Under the pieces are notes generated by a model that worked only from the letters and a program-made list of their open reading frames with translations, ran no database searches and was not told the origin of the DNA. 64,000 nt of DNA from a virus. Within the stretch, counting starts at the first letter, position 1. Every line of letters begins with the position of its first letter. A program made the translations under genes and the position numbers. The stretch covers positions 1 to 64,000 of IMG/VR virus record IMGVR_UViG_3300047557_004034, one strand, 5' to 3'. Positions 34,101-43,245 of this stretch are shown here, piece after piece.

Positions 34101-35740
34101 GTTAATATCCTAATACCATTTATTATCTGATATATCAACCCTACGGTAAAATGCGCCACCAATAATAAAGCCAAACCAATAAATTGGAGATTTTGAAAAA
34201 TTAAAGAAAATATAAAGTATAAAAAATCAAAATTTTTGAATCCCTCATTTACAGGGAACTTATTTACAGTACTAGAACAACTGTCGTCATCAATTTCTTT
34301 TATACCAATGAATCTACCTCTAGCCCCTTGCTTATATTGGTCTATTAAACTTGCAACGGTATAAACTCTGTTGAAATTAAACTCATAAAAAGTATCTTCA
34401 CAATTGACTATCGAATCTATTTTACTATTCGATTCTGTTGTTGATAATCCTTCAGTATAACCAGACCAATCTAAACCGAAATAATAAGAACTACGTTGTT
34501 GTCTATATGTTGAACTGTTTATTGGGTCATCGGAAGGGTCATTATTTGGATTTGAACCTATCCATCCATACTCCCTTATGTTAGGAACCAAATAATAAGG
34601 TCTTCTTACTTGTGCTGTAAGTTCTCTTGATTGTTGCCATTTTATTTTAAATCTATACTTGGCCTTTGTTGGAACCCCGACATTTGGGTCGAACGATATA
34701 ACTCTTTCACCGAACTCATTAGTTGTGATGTAATCCAAATTCATAGGTAACTCAGTTAACCATGTTCCATCTTCATCGATAACATTTCCCGATTGTTCTA
34801 ACTGATATTGCTCTAATATTGGATTTCCGTTTGTATCTTGTCTAATTGTTTGTCTGATTGCTAAAATTTGTCCTGGACCTGAAACCAAGTCACATAGATT
34901 ACCCATATTATCTCTAGGCTTACAATTTTTTCTCAACCTAAACTTATCTGGACTAGAAAACATAGAACCCATAAAGACCGACGTGGGCTGAATATCTATA
35001 TTTGCATCGTCTCTCAAATCAAAGTCAACTCTGTTTACTGCAATTTGACAAATTTCAGGTTCTCCCCATAAAGGTGATATTTCAGCTATCTTTGTTAATC
35101 TAACGATTTGAGGTAAAGAATTCAAATCGGTCGAAGTCCTGAACTCGTTTCCACTAACTTGATTTTCTGTTGCCCTTCCAATTCTTATTAAATCTTGTGG
35201 TGTAAGTGAGAATTCACCCATGTCGGACAAATCAACATCCATAACAAGTCTTTGGAATCCTAAAGGAACTCCAAATATCATATAGTCTCCACTCTCATTA
35301 GTCTTTACTGTAAATCTGAAATATTTTTCGTATATCTTCGAAGCAACCGAGTTTGTTAGAACATCTCTCGAACTTGGAAAGGTTCCTGTTGCAGCATGTT
35401 TACTATATGATTTTTCATATGGAAGAAGATTATATCTATACCCATCTTCATTTTTTTCATCAATTGTTCTGTAGGGATAAATTGTATTAATTGTGTTGTC
35501 TAATAAATCTTCTTCCTCCACTGGTATAAAAACAGAAACCTTTGCGTTGGGTATACCTAAACCGTTGTTTGCTGTCACTCTTCCTACGACAACACCATAA
35601 TCAGCACACGAACGTGTATAAACATCCGCTTGTTGTATCTTAAGTGAAAGTATTTCTAAAAATTCGAAATCTTGGTTAAGTTCAACATTGATGGATTTAT
35701 TTATCCCAAGCTCAGTTCGTATACGATAGCTTTGACCCAT
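31094..35740 (-). CDS. Large structural protein (1548 aa) with N-terminal carboxypeptidase-regulatory/prealbumin-like fold, a hydrophobic segment and CxxCxC
   Basis: GVVVGRVTANNGLGIPNAKVSV...TVKTNESGDYMIFGVPLG motif; follows the gp6-like gene. Confidence 0.7.
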   Translation of the reverse strand: MGQSYRIRTELGINKSINVELNQDFEFLEILSLKIQQADVYTRSCADYGVVVGRVTANNGLGIPNAKVSVFIPVEEEDLLDNTINTIYPYRTIDEKNEDGYRYNLLPYEKSYSKHAATGTFPSSRDVLTNSVASKIYEKYFRFTVKTNESGDYMIFGVPLGFQRLVMDVDLSDMGEFSLTPQDLIRIGRATENQVSGNEFRTSTDLNSLPQIVRLTKIAEISPLWGEPEICQIAVNRVDFDLRDDANIDIQPTSVFMGSMFSSPDKFRLRKNCKPRDNMGNLCDLVSGPGQILAIRQTIRQDTNGNPILEQYQLEQSGNVIDEDGTWLTELPMNLDYITTNEFGERVISFDPNVGVPTKAKYRFKIKWQQSRELTAQVRRPYYLVPNIREYGWIGSNPNNDPSDDPINSSTYRQQRSSYYFGLDWSGYTEGLSTTESNSKIDSIVNCEDTFYEFNFNRVYTVASLIDQYKQGARGRFIGIKEIDDDSCSSTVNKFPVNEGFKNFDFLYFIFSLIFQNLQFIGLALLLVAHFTVGLIYQIINGIRILTFRKPKKGGLPIRLPMVTYPNCDACECRPATTDGLGVVISSGGQLSPLSDPDRYYEIWFNKLIGAGSDSTNATAIASIYSQATGGNIDGTDPTVYKILKSNVQEGEDDKFRAYSLDLPFGERINIFNSRVSYFSNLNRVKVSFAVDHSNNTSTFHLDNTVTVLATNPYEAGTVLTTVNPQTSLDPNFNFTGVTGDFGITGNTIVGPSTINVRYVNPSNQLQEITTSYNLPIGSTIDNYSYPSDREYFQVITAITVSEYFKLTGQTQIPQYQTLPKVLDSTITIFPEIKGGLGWRTFQTASFARQPIKLRELYEDFDNQYVVILQRGVDPYSPRYTNRYNLGVLFGSTIDDPKYVVTASTKLNIPIQKLNSPNSSLQSFTQNDMFYNSYFFTPGSQYSAFTSNTVYYYGFAYSDGGAFVSNQNYYGALGVSPSTSYQYSFTQTPTKYDSAEDINANASYTSNGIGRDSFSRYYSYVTYYFPAIPPFQFSDRTKNVMRTDRLPSSDQLDGAGTNSTAFLLQQNRAFAFYEVPDEGEGAIVPAYSTGFQEVPPDVEGLPDVNVLSSFECDNMVQLSCYTGYSNNFGISSNCLQNDNVERGCYVFFTRPLFGVGQDIRLFSEWGYRFRFFYALCRGVLSQTFTNNWVNGALYAFPIQVDTFYNKQNRVSDVKYCADVVYYEKVSNNFYYRSSPYNGEKFVGKPKPIDEPTMVNQTNLLFPTTVVDLGYKDSFYGEITFEPSTDAYVMGELNPSSYSDTSDIVNFFVISRIINSSFLSRLLGNSSINELFTRNRTVERNRRVDGDLVQLLSMNSEEGLIKFSPEYYSAEGGQESPLGYYGTPSRPTIGIFYSSTTENLQFKDFITPGRINFRPTPSYTSTPYTYGIKSQLVPFYRWGLRNDTQIFGDEDNNWATSRGDLVQYQYQSLDRTNPEHYFLARGLQNDISERGYIFNVNGDTISQFSQDYKPEGPAYSNRFIVGAPFHFYFGTTVGATALDKFKTKYSIDE

Positions 35741-35753
35741 TAGACCTTTAATC

Positions 35754-35761
35754 TATAAATA
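35754..35761 (-). promoter_or_regulatory. TATTTATA upstream motif
   Basis: tataaata on + strand, 13 nt upstream of the ATG at 35740. Confidence 0.55.
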
Positions 35762-35827
35762 GTTTAGGGCAAATTTTTAAAAACTTACCAACTTAAATCT
35801 AAATGGGATAGAAAATAAATAAACCTA

Positions 35828-37666
35828 TTAAGAGAAGGTTGAAGACTGGAAGTTCTTGACACTAACTTTGATATCTCTAGTCGGATATCTAACTTGATAT
35901 ACTTGGCTTGGTTCTGCAAACAACGTGTCGTCTACGGGTTGTATTTTTCTTGTTTCAGCATTCTCATAAGCCATAGAAGTTTCTGCAGATGAATATTGTC
36001 CACCAACAAGATTATAAGTGTCTAATCCTGTAACAGTAATTACACCTTCTTGATTTTGTATTATACTTTTGAGTTCTGAAAGATAGACATTTTGACCTAA
36101 TTCTCTAATCTGTGGATTGAGGTATGCCGAAACTTTATTTACAACGTCAGTTATAATTTGACCTGAGTTTTGTGTTGCCTCTAAAACAACTGAAACTTCA
36201 ATACCCAAATCAATAACTTGTGCAGTTGTTATAGAAATATAATCATTCATCATTCTGTAATTAGAAAGATAGTCGGCAATATTTTGTCTCAATGTATTAG
36301 AAACAATATTTGTCAATTTACCTGAACTATCATATGATAAAATTTGAACTATAATTTTATTGTTATTCTCTGTTATTGAAACCTTAGCTGGCGAGCCGAA
36401 CTCAGGTGGCATATTCCTAATTATTGCTTCATAGTCTTGTACTGTGACAGCTCTTTTTTGTGCAGCAAAATTGAATGATACATAATTTCTAACCTCTTCA
36501 ACATTTGGTGCATTTGCACCTCCAATTGCCGCAGTAATATTAACACACCTTAATGAATTGATGACTGAAGAGTTTGTAATTTCTGAAGGTCCGTTAACGT
36601 AAAAATTTACTGTCCCTACTTGATTAATTACATTTGTACCCAAGTTAGTTGCAAGTCCACCACCAATTCTATATTGAACAAACAATGTTGAATTCGGTGT
36701 TAGTGTTGAACCTAATGCAAAATTATTGAAATAATTATTTATTGTTAACGGAATTCCTAAATTAGTGAAAGCGTTCAATTGTTCTTGTGCGGAAGTACTT
36801 CCTCCTCCAAATGTCATTTTTTTAAATCCTTCAGGTGTAAATTCAGAAATAAATCTATTACTGGTCTGAATGTATCTTCCAACTTTAATTCCAGGTTGGT
36901 CTGAAACTTTGGTTGGGTCTTCAATGAAGACTCTGTCCTCCGCTAAAGCATCAACCTCGTACCATTTATTTTCCAAACCTAAAAACTCAGCAGCTGTCGG
37001 TACATTTGTAAAATCAGTGCCATTTTTCAATAACACACTTGTTATTCCTAAAACATTTTTTTCAGGTAGGAATAACTCAAAAAAAGGTCTAACATCATTA
37101 GCAGATATAACACGTTTGAAAACTTTAGTTATACCATTAACAACTAACTCTCTCTTTGTTATTGTATAATTTATTAATATCCCGTTAGAATTAAAATTTG
37201 GTATTTTTAATCTATTTGGAAAACCTTGTGCATTGTAAGGAGAGGCAAAGTTAACATCATAAACATTTTCAAATACAATCCCCGCACCCGAAACTTGTGA
37301 ACCTCTTACTAAAGTCCCTAAATACCTTTCGTCTTCTTTGTCCCCAAAAACGGGTACAGTAATAGAAAAATCAACCAAAGAAACACTCGGTTTCAAGTTT
37401 GGTATTTTTAATCCATATGTTCTAGCTATATTATATATAGAAGACCTTTGTTGAGCATATTGGAGAACTGTTTCTTGAATACTTCTATCAATATGATAAT
37501 GTAGGTTGTCAGCAACTGCCGCATTTAAATCTAAGAATACTGAGAATACAGATGCATCATTGAAATCTTGTATTAAGTCAGGGTAATATTGTTTGACGTA
37601 ATTAACTAACTCAGCACGAATACCTTGGTAATCTCTGACTGTATATGAAATTTTGTTATTGGCCAT
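35828..37666 (-). CDS. Baseplate wedge protein (T4 gp6 / P2 gpJ-like)
   Basis: RDYQGIRAELVNY.KQYYPD..QDFNDAS, AQQRSSIYNIA..YG, YRIGGG...N, AQKRAVT.QDY motifs; follows the gp25-like gene. Confidence 0.85.
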   Translation of the reverse strand: MANNKISYTVRDYQGIRAELVNYVKQYYPDLIQDFNDASVFSVFLDLNAAVADNLHYHIDRSIQETVLQYAQQRSSIYNIARTYGLKIPNLKPSVSLVDFSITVPVFGDKEDERYLGTLVRGSQVSGAGIVFENVYDVNFASPYNAQGFPNRLKIPNFNSNGILINYTITKRELVVNGITKVFKRVISANDVRPFFELFLPEKNVLGITSVLLKNGTDFTNVPTAAEFLGLENKWYEVDALAEDRVFIEDPTKVSDQPGIKVGRYIQTSNRFISEFTPEGFKKMTFGGGSTSAQEQLNAFTNLGIPLTINNYFNNFALGSTLTPNSTLFVQYRIGGGLATNLGTNVINQVGTVNFYVNGPSEITNSSVINSLRCVNITAAIGGANAPNVEEVRNYVSFNFAAQKRAVTVQDYEAIIRNMPPEFGSPAKVSITENNNKIIVQILSYDSSGKLTNIVSNTLRQNIADYLSNYRMMNDYISITTAQVIDLGIEVSVVLEATQNSGQIITDVVNKVSAYLNPQIRELGQNVYLSELKSIIQNQEGVITVTGLDTYNLVGGQYSSAETSMAYENAETRKIQPVDDTLFAEPSQVYQVRYPTRDIKVSVKNFQSSTFS

Positions 37667-37671
37667 CTTAA

Positions 37672-38139
37672 TTAAATATTGATTATTACAAAATCACTCT
37701 GAGAAAATACCGAATTACCTATTGAGTAATCTATTCTTACTTTTGCAGTATATTCGTATGTCCCTTTACCGGGAACCCTGTATATATCCCAAAGTCGATT
37801 GCCCTCTGTTCCGGTGTAATCCCCATCTACTTGGTCTTCAGCGGTGATTGGTTCTATTGAAACATTATTCAAAATTAGGTTGGGTAAAAATTCTTGCACC
37901 GAGTCCCTGATATCTGATTCAATCGCACTAAATGTCAAACCGTCAAAAGGTTCAAAAATATATTCATATAATCTTGTCCCGAAAGTTGGTAAGAAATACC
38001 TTGACCCTTTCCTAGTTAAAAGTAAATGAATTAAGTCAGACCTTATTTCCTGTTGTTCAAATTCTGTTAAAGCTAAATAATCACCTCTTCTTGAATCTTG
38101 GAACGGAAAATAAAGACCATATGTAGTACCATCTGCCAT
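37672..38139 (-). CDS. Baseplate wedge / sheath initiator (GPW/gp25 family)
   Basis: IRSDLIHLLLTRKGSR.FLPTFGT.LY.YIFEP signature. Confidence 0.88.
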   Translation of the reverse strand: MADGTTYGLYFPFQDSRRGDYLALTEFEQQEIRSDLIHLLLTRKGSRYFLPTFGTRLYEYIFEPFDGLTFSAIESDIRDSVQEFLPNLILNNVSIEPITAEDQVDGDYTGTEGNRLWDIYRVPGKGTYEYTAKVRIDYSIGNSVFSQSDFVIINI

Positions 38140-38144
38140 ATTAC

Positions 38145-38151
38145 ATAAATA
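38145..38151 (-). promoter_or_regulatory. TATTTAT upstream motif
   Basis: ataaata on + strand, 5 nt upstream of the ATG at 38139. Confidence 0.5.
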
Positions 38152-38159
38152 TACAACGA

Positions 38160-38357
38160 TTATTTTTCAACTAAAGTTGTATTTCCTTTTACACCCTTTG
38201 GTTCGTATGGACAATGTCTACATCCACCATGAGAACCACAACAAGTTCCTCTCTTGATATGATACTCTTCGGTGAAGACTACTCTGTTATTTTCGATGTA
38301 ATAATCAGAAGGGAGAATCTCATTTGGATTCTCCCTTTCTTTTTTTGTATTTTCCAT
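38160..38357 (-). CDS. DUF5522-like small Cys/His-rich protein (65 aa)
   Basis: DYYIEN..VVFTEEYHIKRGTCCG...GCRHCPY matches the DUF5522 pattern as I recall it. Confidence 0.75.
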   Translation of the reverse strand: MENTKKERENPNEILPSDYYIENNRVVFTEEYHIKRGTCCGSHGGCRHCPYEPKGVKGNTTLVEK

Positions 38358-38363
38358 AGGTTA

Positions 38364-40220
38364 TTATACTAAAACACAAGCACCACCTGCACAAGCTAAC
38401 TCACCACTCAAATCTGTTTCATCTTCCATTTCAACAATCTTAGACAAATCAACCTCATGTAAAGTTTGCATCAACTCTTCATATCTTTCTTTTGTACAAT
38501 CTTCGAAAGGTGCTTGAATATATGTTCCTCCGTCATATGGTAACACTGATAATCCATTATAATGGTCTCTGTTTTCCCACATCCATTCACCTACCGCAGG
38601 CCATTCATGTTCTCTAATTGATACTGTTGCTGAAACATTATGTGAATTACTACCACTTCTATGTCCAGGCTTAATCCAATCAACATGAACTTTTTTCACT
38701 CTATCTAAAAGTTGAATTGGTGATTCATTTCTTAAAATTGAACCTTCAGGAGCTTTTTGTGGAATACCGATAACCGCAGTGTCGTGTGGTCTAAAATATT
38801 CATCTTCAACTAACTCAGGATGATTTTCCTTTAAGTAAGTATAAATCGCCTCATTCTTACCAACTCTTACTCTTCTGATATAATAGTCGTTGTGCCAAGC
38901 GTGGATTCCTGATGAAGTACCTAAAGTAAGTGAAGTTGTACCTGCTGGTTTTACTGTAGTTGTTCTTGCTGCAGGATTAATACCAAGAAGTTCTGCAACT
39001 CTTTTATTCTCTTCCTTAACAATTTTAGAAGCAGACTTCATATCCAACTTTAACACAGCACCTGAACCAATACCTGTCATAGATACTCCAATCAAAGCAT
39101 CCTTCTCGGTTGTTCTTTGCCATATTGGTCTTAAATAATGGAAGTTTGTGTATCCTGCTTGAAGTGTTCCACAGAAAGCCGCAGCTCTTACTCTGTCCTC
39201 AAAGTCTTCTTGTGATACAACGTTAGATACATTTACTTCTGTAAGATTACAGAATTGGAACGGTCTAAGTGCAATTTCACAACAAGGATTAGTTCCCCAA
39301 TCTTTATCGTTAGTTAAGTAAATACCGGGTTCACCAGCTCCGCTAGCTTCAATTCTCTTCCAAAGGTCCATGAAGTAGTCTTTTGTTATTTTGTGTCGGA
39401 GCAACACAGCTGAGTTATTTGCTCTACCTCTTTGTGGATTTGTTTCCCACCAAGCACCTGACTTACAACCAATCATTTCATCATCAGTTGCTGAGAAAAG
39501 TGAAATCAAAGCAGCTCTTCTAATACCACCTGCCAACACTGCGTCTGCAATATGACATACCATATCATGAACTTCGATAGCTTTTAATTTCTCACCATTA
39601 TCTTTTGAATCTAAAATACCTTCAAGTTTAATAAGACATTCCTTGAGTGGTTGTGGGCCAGGAGCCTTTCCACCTGATGTTACCAATCTTGCACCTTTAG
39701 GTCTGATATCGCTAAAGTCAAATTCAATATGAGAACCACCGTAGAAATATGATTTTACTAAAATTTTGACTGCATCTGCCCATCCTTCGATTGAGTCAGC
39801 AACTAACCATCTCCTTTTTCTTTCTTTGTTTGGTTTAAGTATTTCAGGTAACGTTTCAACATGATGTTTTTGAACAGAATATCCTACACCCGTACCTCCT
39901 AACAACAAGAACATAATTTCAGAAAAGACTCTCCAATCATCAATTGGTGCAAACGCACAATTGTATATTCTGTTTGGTGAAATTTCAATTGGTTTACCCG
40001 CAAACTGCATTGACCTCATTGATGGAAGAACTTGTTTCTTGAAAACATACATGTAGTTCTCTCTTATTTCTTTTTCTAAATTTGGAAACTGCTTGATATG
40101 CATCTCCATGTTTCTTGTGACTAGTTCTTGCCACGTCTCTCTTCTGTTCAATTCAGGAATATATTTCGCGTATTTCATATACACGGTTATATCACTGAGA
40201 ATCCTGTTTGAAATGTCCAT
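38364..40220 (-). CDS. nrdJ: Class II (adenosylcobalamin-dependent) ribonucleotide reductase, monomeric RTPR type
   Basis: RIYNCAF, GGTGVG, V.AGGIRRAA, GEPG, GTNPCCEI, FCNLTE, TTVKPAGT.S motifs and C-terminal CAGGAC cysteine pair. No ATP cone and no adjacent nrdB. Confidence 0.9.
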   Translation of the reverse strand: MDISNRILSDITVYMKYAKYIPELNRRETWQELVTRNMEMHIKQFPNLEKEIRENYMYVFKKQVLPSMRSMQFAGKPIEISPNRIYNCAFAPIDDWRVFSEIMFLLLGGTGVGYSVQKHHVETLPEILKPNKERKRRWLVADSIEGWADAVKILVKSYFYGGSHIEFDFSDIRPKGARLVTSGGKAPGPQPLKECLIKLEGILDSKDNGEKLKAIEVHDMVCHIADAVLAGGIRRAALISLFSATDDEMIGCKSGAWWETNPQRGRANNSAVLLRHKITKDYFMDLWKRIEASGAGEPGIYLTNDKDWGTNPCCEIALRPFQFCNLTEVNVSNVVSQEDFEDRVRAAAFCGTLQAGYTNFHYLRPIWQRTTEKDALIGVSMTGIGSGAVLKLDMKSASKIVKEENKRVAELLGINPAARTTTVKPAGTTSLTLGTSSGIHAWHNDYYIRRVRVGKNEAIYTYLKENHPELVEDEYFRPHDTAVIGIPQKAPEGSILRNESPIQLLDRVKKVHVDWIKPGHRSGSNSHNVSATVSIREHEWPAVGEWMWENRDHYNGLSVLPYDGGTYIQAPFEDCTKERYEELMQTLHEVDLSKIVEMEDETDLSGELACAGGACVLV

Positions 40221-40270
40221 TTTTTAAATTTTTTTTGTTTTTGTTTTTATAAAAAATCGGTGATTTTAGT

Positions 40271-40278
40271 TATAAATA
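40271..40278 (-). promoter_or_regulatory. TATTTATA upstream motif of nrdJ
   Basis: tataaata on + strand, directly downstream (minus sense) of the hairpin at 40280-40302. Confidence 0.5.
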
Positions 40279-40279
40279 T

Positions 40280-40302
40280 AGGGTCGTGCAATATACGACC
40301 CT
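40280..40302 (-). terminator. Hairpin after the helicase gene (putative terminator)
   Basis: agggtcgt-gcaatat-acgaccct, 8-bp stem; weak U tract (TATATTT). Confidence 0.55.
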
Positions 40303-40348
40303 TATTTTGATTAAAAAAAAGTAAGTTTTTTTCTAAAAAAGTAGATAT

Positions 40349-41731
40349 TTAGTTTGAAGTGTTTTTTGATTGTTCTTTTTGTTTTCTCTTATCAAGCAAC
40401 TCTCTAACCCTATCTCTTTTCTTTTCTTCTTGTTGTTCTTCGAATCCTAAGAAAGTTACAGATGACTCAGTATCAATCTCTAATAATTCATTATTAAATT
40501 TACAATTTTCAAATACAACTCCGTCTTTACCCAATCTTGATTTGGTAATCGCTATCGTTGCTAAATTCATTTCTTTTTGTTGTAGAGTTTTAGCGATAGA
40601 AATAATTACGTGACCTACTTGAGCCTTTTTGATTGACCCACCCATTTGGTCGGTAGTTACAACCTCAGATGAAATCGAAGACCTGTTACCTTGTGTTGCA
40701 GTCCACCCTACTAAACTTAGTTCGTGACACATTGCCTCAAACTGCCTCATTACCGAACCTTCACTTTTCCATTCATCTTTGTTTGGATTTTCAGGGAGAA
40801 CACAATCAATATAATCTAACATAATCAAATCGATTTTGATTCCATCTGCAATCATCTTCCTAACCTGATTCTTAATTTGTAACATCGTCATAGTATCTGA
40901 TGGTAACTTTCTAAGAACAAGTCTGTTCTGCATTGTTTCTTTTATTTCATGGATTTTATCCATTACTTTATCCTTATGTAAAACTAAGTTATCTGGTTCT
41001 ATACCCGTCCAAAGTGTGAAATGTTTCCTTTGGATAATTTTGGGATTGTCTTCAAAAAATACTTGAAGTACGTTGTATCCATGATTGAATGCAGTATTTG
41101 CAATCTTGGTTAGAATTGTTGTTTTACCAACACCTGTTGGAGCCAGTATGACACCAATCTCACCTTTAGCTAGTCCACCTTTCAGAAGTCGGTCGATACC
41201 TGGAATTCCCATCGGTATCGGATGTCTGAAGTCTTCATCAAGTACAGTTTCTAAATCGGAGAATACATCAGACATACCATCTGTTGTCTGTCCAACTTGA
41301 AGAGCATCTCTTACCAAAGTTTCTACTTTATCATAAGATTCGAAATCACCTTCGTTAATGATTTTTTGTGCCTTTTCCATGGCTTTCTGTAACTCTTGTT
41401 GTTTACAGAACTTTAACCCTTTTTCTTGAACAAAAGTAACTCCCTCAAAAGGTGCCGATTTTATTTGTTTTAGTGTATCCAAAACAATTTTAGCAACTAA
41501 CTCTTGTTGAATTTCTGATTTAACAATTTGTTCTATTGTCTCAAAGGCAGGTGTGGACTCGTATTTTGCGTAATACTCTTTAATCATCTGTACGATGATT
41601 TTGAAGTATTTGTTATCGAAGTAAGAACTTTCTAAAACATCCATAATGGTGGATGAGAATGTCTTATCAAGGATAATCTGATTGATAAGTTGTAACTGAA
41701 ATGTATTACCGAGGTAATCGAAATTTTTCAT
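40349..41731 (-). CDS. dnaB: Replicative DNA helicase (DnaB / T4 gp41 family)
   Basis: Walker A APTGVGKT, LIMLDYID Walker B, ATQGNR, KSR.G motifs. Confidence 0.9.
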   Translation of the reverse strand: MKNFDYLGNTFQLQLINQIILDKTFSSTIMDVLESSYFDNKYFKIIVQMIKEYYAKYESTPAFETIEQIVKSEIQQELVAKIVLDTLKQIKSAPFEGVTFVQEKGLKFCKQQELQKAMEKAQKIINEGDFESYDKVETLVRDALQVGQTTDGMSDVFSDLETVLDEDFRHPIPMGIPGIDRLLKGGLAKGEIGVILAPTGVGKTTILTKIANTAFNHGYNVLQVFFEDNPKIIQRKHFTLWTGIEPDNLVLHKDKVMDKIHEIKETMQNRLVLRKLPSDTMTMLQIKNQVRKMIADGIKIDLIMLDYIDCVLPENPNKDEWKSEGSVMRQFEAMCHELSLVGWTATQGNRSSISSEVVTTDQMGGSIKKAQVGHVIISIAKTLQQKEMNLATIAITKSRLGKDGVVFENCKFNNELLEIDTESSVTFLGFEEQQEEKKRDRVRELLDKRKQKEQSKNTSN

Positions 41732-41763
41732 AGTAGAACTGAGCCCCTCTATTAATTAAATAC

Positions 41764-42219
41764 TTACTTTGCTAAGTCGTATTCTAGATATTTGAAAGAT
41801 AATTTGGTTTCTGAAAAAATGTCAGTTAGAGTTTTCAAAATTTCTTTCAAGTATGGTCTAACATCCACGGTATAACGAACTTTTGGTGGGAACATTTTTC
41901 CGTCAAAAATTCTATGACAAATTGTCTGGTCATTGAATTTTACATAAAGGTTAAAATACTCAGGTCCGTCAGTGAAAGATGTTTCCATAACAGATGGGTC
42001 ATGCATGATTGACTCTTTGTTATCCATCATGTAAATAACTGTCTTCATTTTTAAGTCATACTTCAGTGTATCCGCAGTTCTTTTCATAAAGTCATACAAC
42101 TCTAATGAATTTTTTGCCTTCGGATTAAATCCTTTGACGTTAAAGAATCTTTGGACAACGATGTTGTCATTCAAGGTTAGTAGGAATTCTAATTTAGTAA
42201 TTTCCTGTTCTCTGTTCAT
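41764..42219 (-). CDS. Hypothetical protein (151 aa) in the replication cassette
   Basis: ORF track; fills the gap between exonuclease and helicase. Confidence 0.75.
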   Translation of the reverse strand: MNREQEITKLEFLLTLNDNIVVQRFFNVKGFNPKAKNSLELYDFMKRTADTLKYDLKMKTVIYMMDNKESIMHDPSVMETSFTDGPEYFNLYVKFNDQTICHRIFDGKMFPPKVRYTVDVRPYLKEILKTLTDIFSETKLSFKYLEYDLAK

Positions 42220-42237
42220 TTTTTGTTTTTTTGGTTA

Positions 42238-43236
42238 TTAAATTTTTCGTTTTTCTTTTCTAATCAATTTCATGAATGGTTTAACAAAGTTGACCCAAGC
42301 CTCATCATTTTTTGGTAGAAACTTAAATAGACCGTCAGAGACCATCATTTTCATCAAGTTTTTATATCCCCTGTTTTCGGGGTCGAAAACATCATTATAA
42401 ATCTGTTCGACAATTTGTTTTCCTTCATCGGAAATTAATGGTTGTTGTAGGTCAACAAGTTTTTGGTTAGTAATAAAGTATTCTTCTCCAAGTATACCTC
42501 TTTTTGTTGTTCCCGTCAATAGGTTACTAATCAATTTAACCTTGGACTTTTGCTCGATTTCTCGTGCATTGTTGATTATTTCATCAATAGTGCATGGTTT
42601 ATCAAGCATCTGAGGAAAAAATTTCAACATACTTTTTTCACCGAAAAGTTTTATTCCGTCTATGTTGTCTGATTTGTCGCCAGTTAATACTTTATAAACC
42701 ATAACATTTTGATGTGGTATGTCTATCGAACCCATTTTTATTTTATCACCGTACTTGTAATATCTTTTTTGAACTGGCGAATATATAGTAACTTTATTAG
42801 ATATTAATTGCGTTAGGTCTTTATCTGCTGAAAATATAATAACTTGTTCTTCCTTACATATTTGTGTGTAGTACGCAATTAAATCGTCTGCCTCATTACC
42901 AAACATTTCAACTTGTCTAACGAAAACTTCTTCAAGATATTCTTTTACTCTTTGTTTTTGTTGTAGATAGGATTCATACTTAAAATCCATCATAGATTGT
43001 TTACGGTTCGCCTTGTATTCAGAGTATAGTAGCTTCCTCGCACTTGAATTAGATTCGGCATCCCAAAAGACAACAACCTTATCATGGTTATGTTCTTCCA
43101 AAAATTTTCTTAGGGTGTTTATAAAATGAAAGATTCCACCAACATGTTCAGACTCATTGAATAAATCTTTAACACCGTGGAATCCTATTTTGAATAAATT
43201 ATCACCATCTACCAAAAGGGTTTTAGTCATAATCAT
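42238..43236 (-). CDS. 5'-3' exonuclease / flap endonuclease (T4 RNase H, Pol I 5'-nuclease family)
   Basis: LLVDGDNL, YKANR, EADDLIA, SADKDLTQL, LTGDKSDNIDG motifs; start may be the ATG at 43230. Confidence 0.9.
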   Translation of the reverse strand: MIMTKTLLVDGDNLFKIGFHGVKDLFNESEHVGGIFHFINTLRKFLEEHNHDKVVVFWDAESNSSARKLLYSEYKANRKQSMMDFKYESYLQQKQRVKEYLEEVFVRQVEMFGNEADDLIAYYTQICKEEQVIIFSADKDLTQLISNKVTIYSPVQKRYYKYGDKIKMGSIDIPHQNVMVYKVLTGDKSDNIDGIKLFGEKSMLKFFPQMLDKPCTIDEIINNAREIEQKSKVKLISNLLTGTTKRGILGEEYFITNQKLVDLQQPLISDEGKQIVEQIYNDVFDPENRGYKNLMKMMVSDGLFKFLPKNDEAWVNFVKPFMKLIRKEKRKI

Positions 43237-43245
43237 TCTATATTG

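Noticed and set aside
40221-40348. Cobalamin riboswitch upstream of nrdJ
   Set aside because: Region is short and almost entirely A/T, with one simple hairpin and no B12-box
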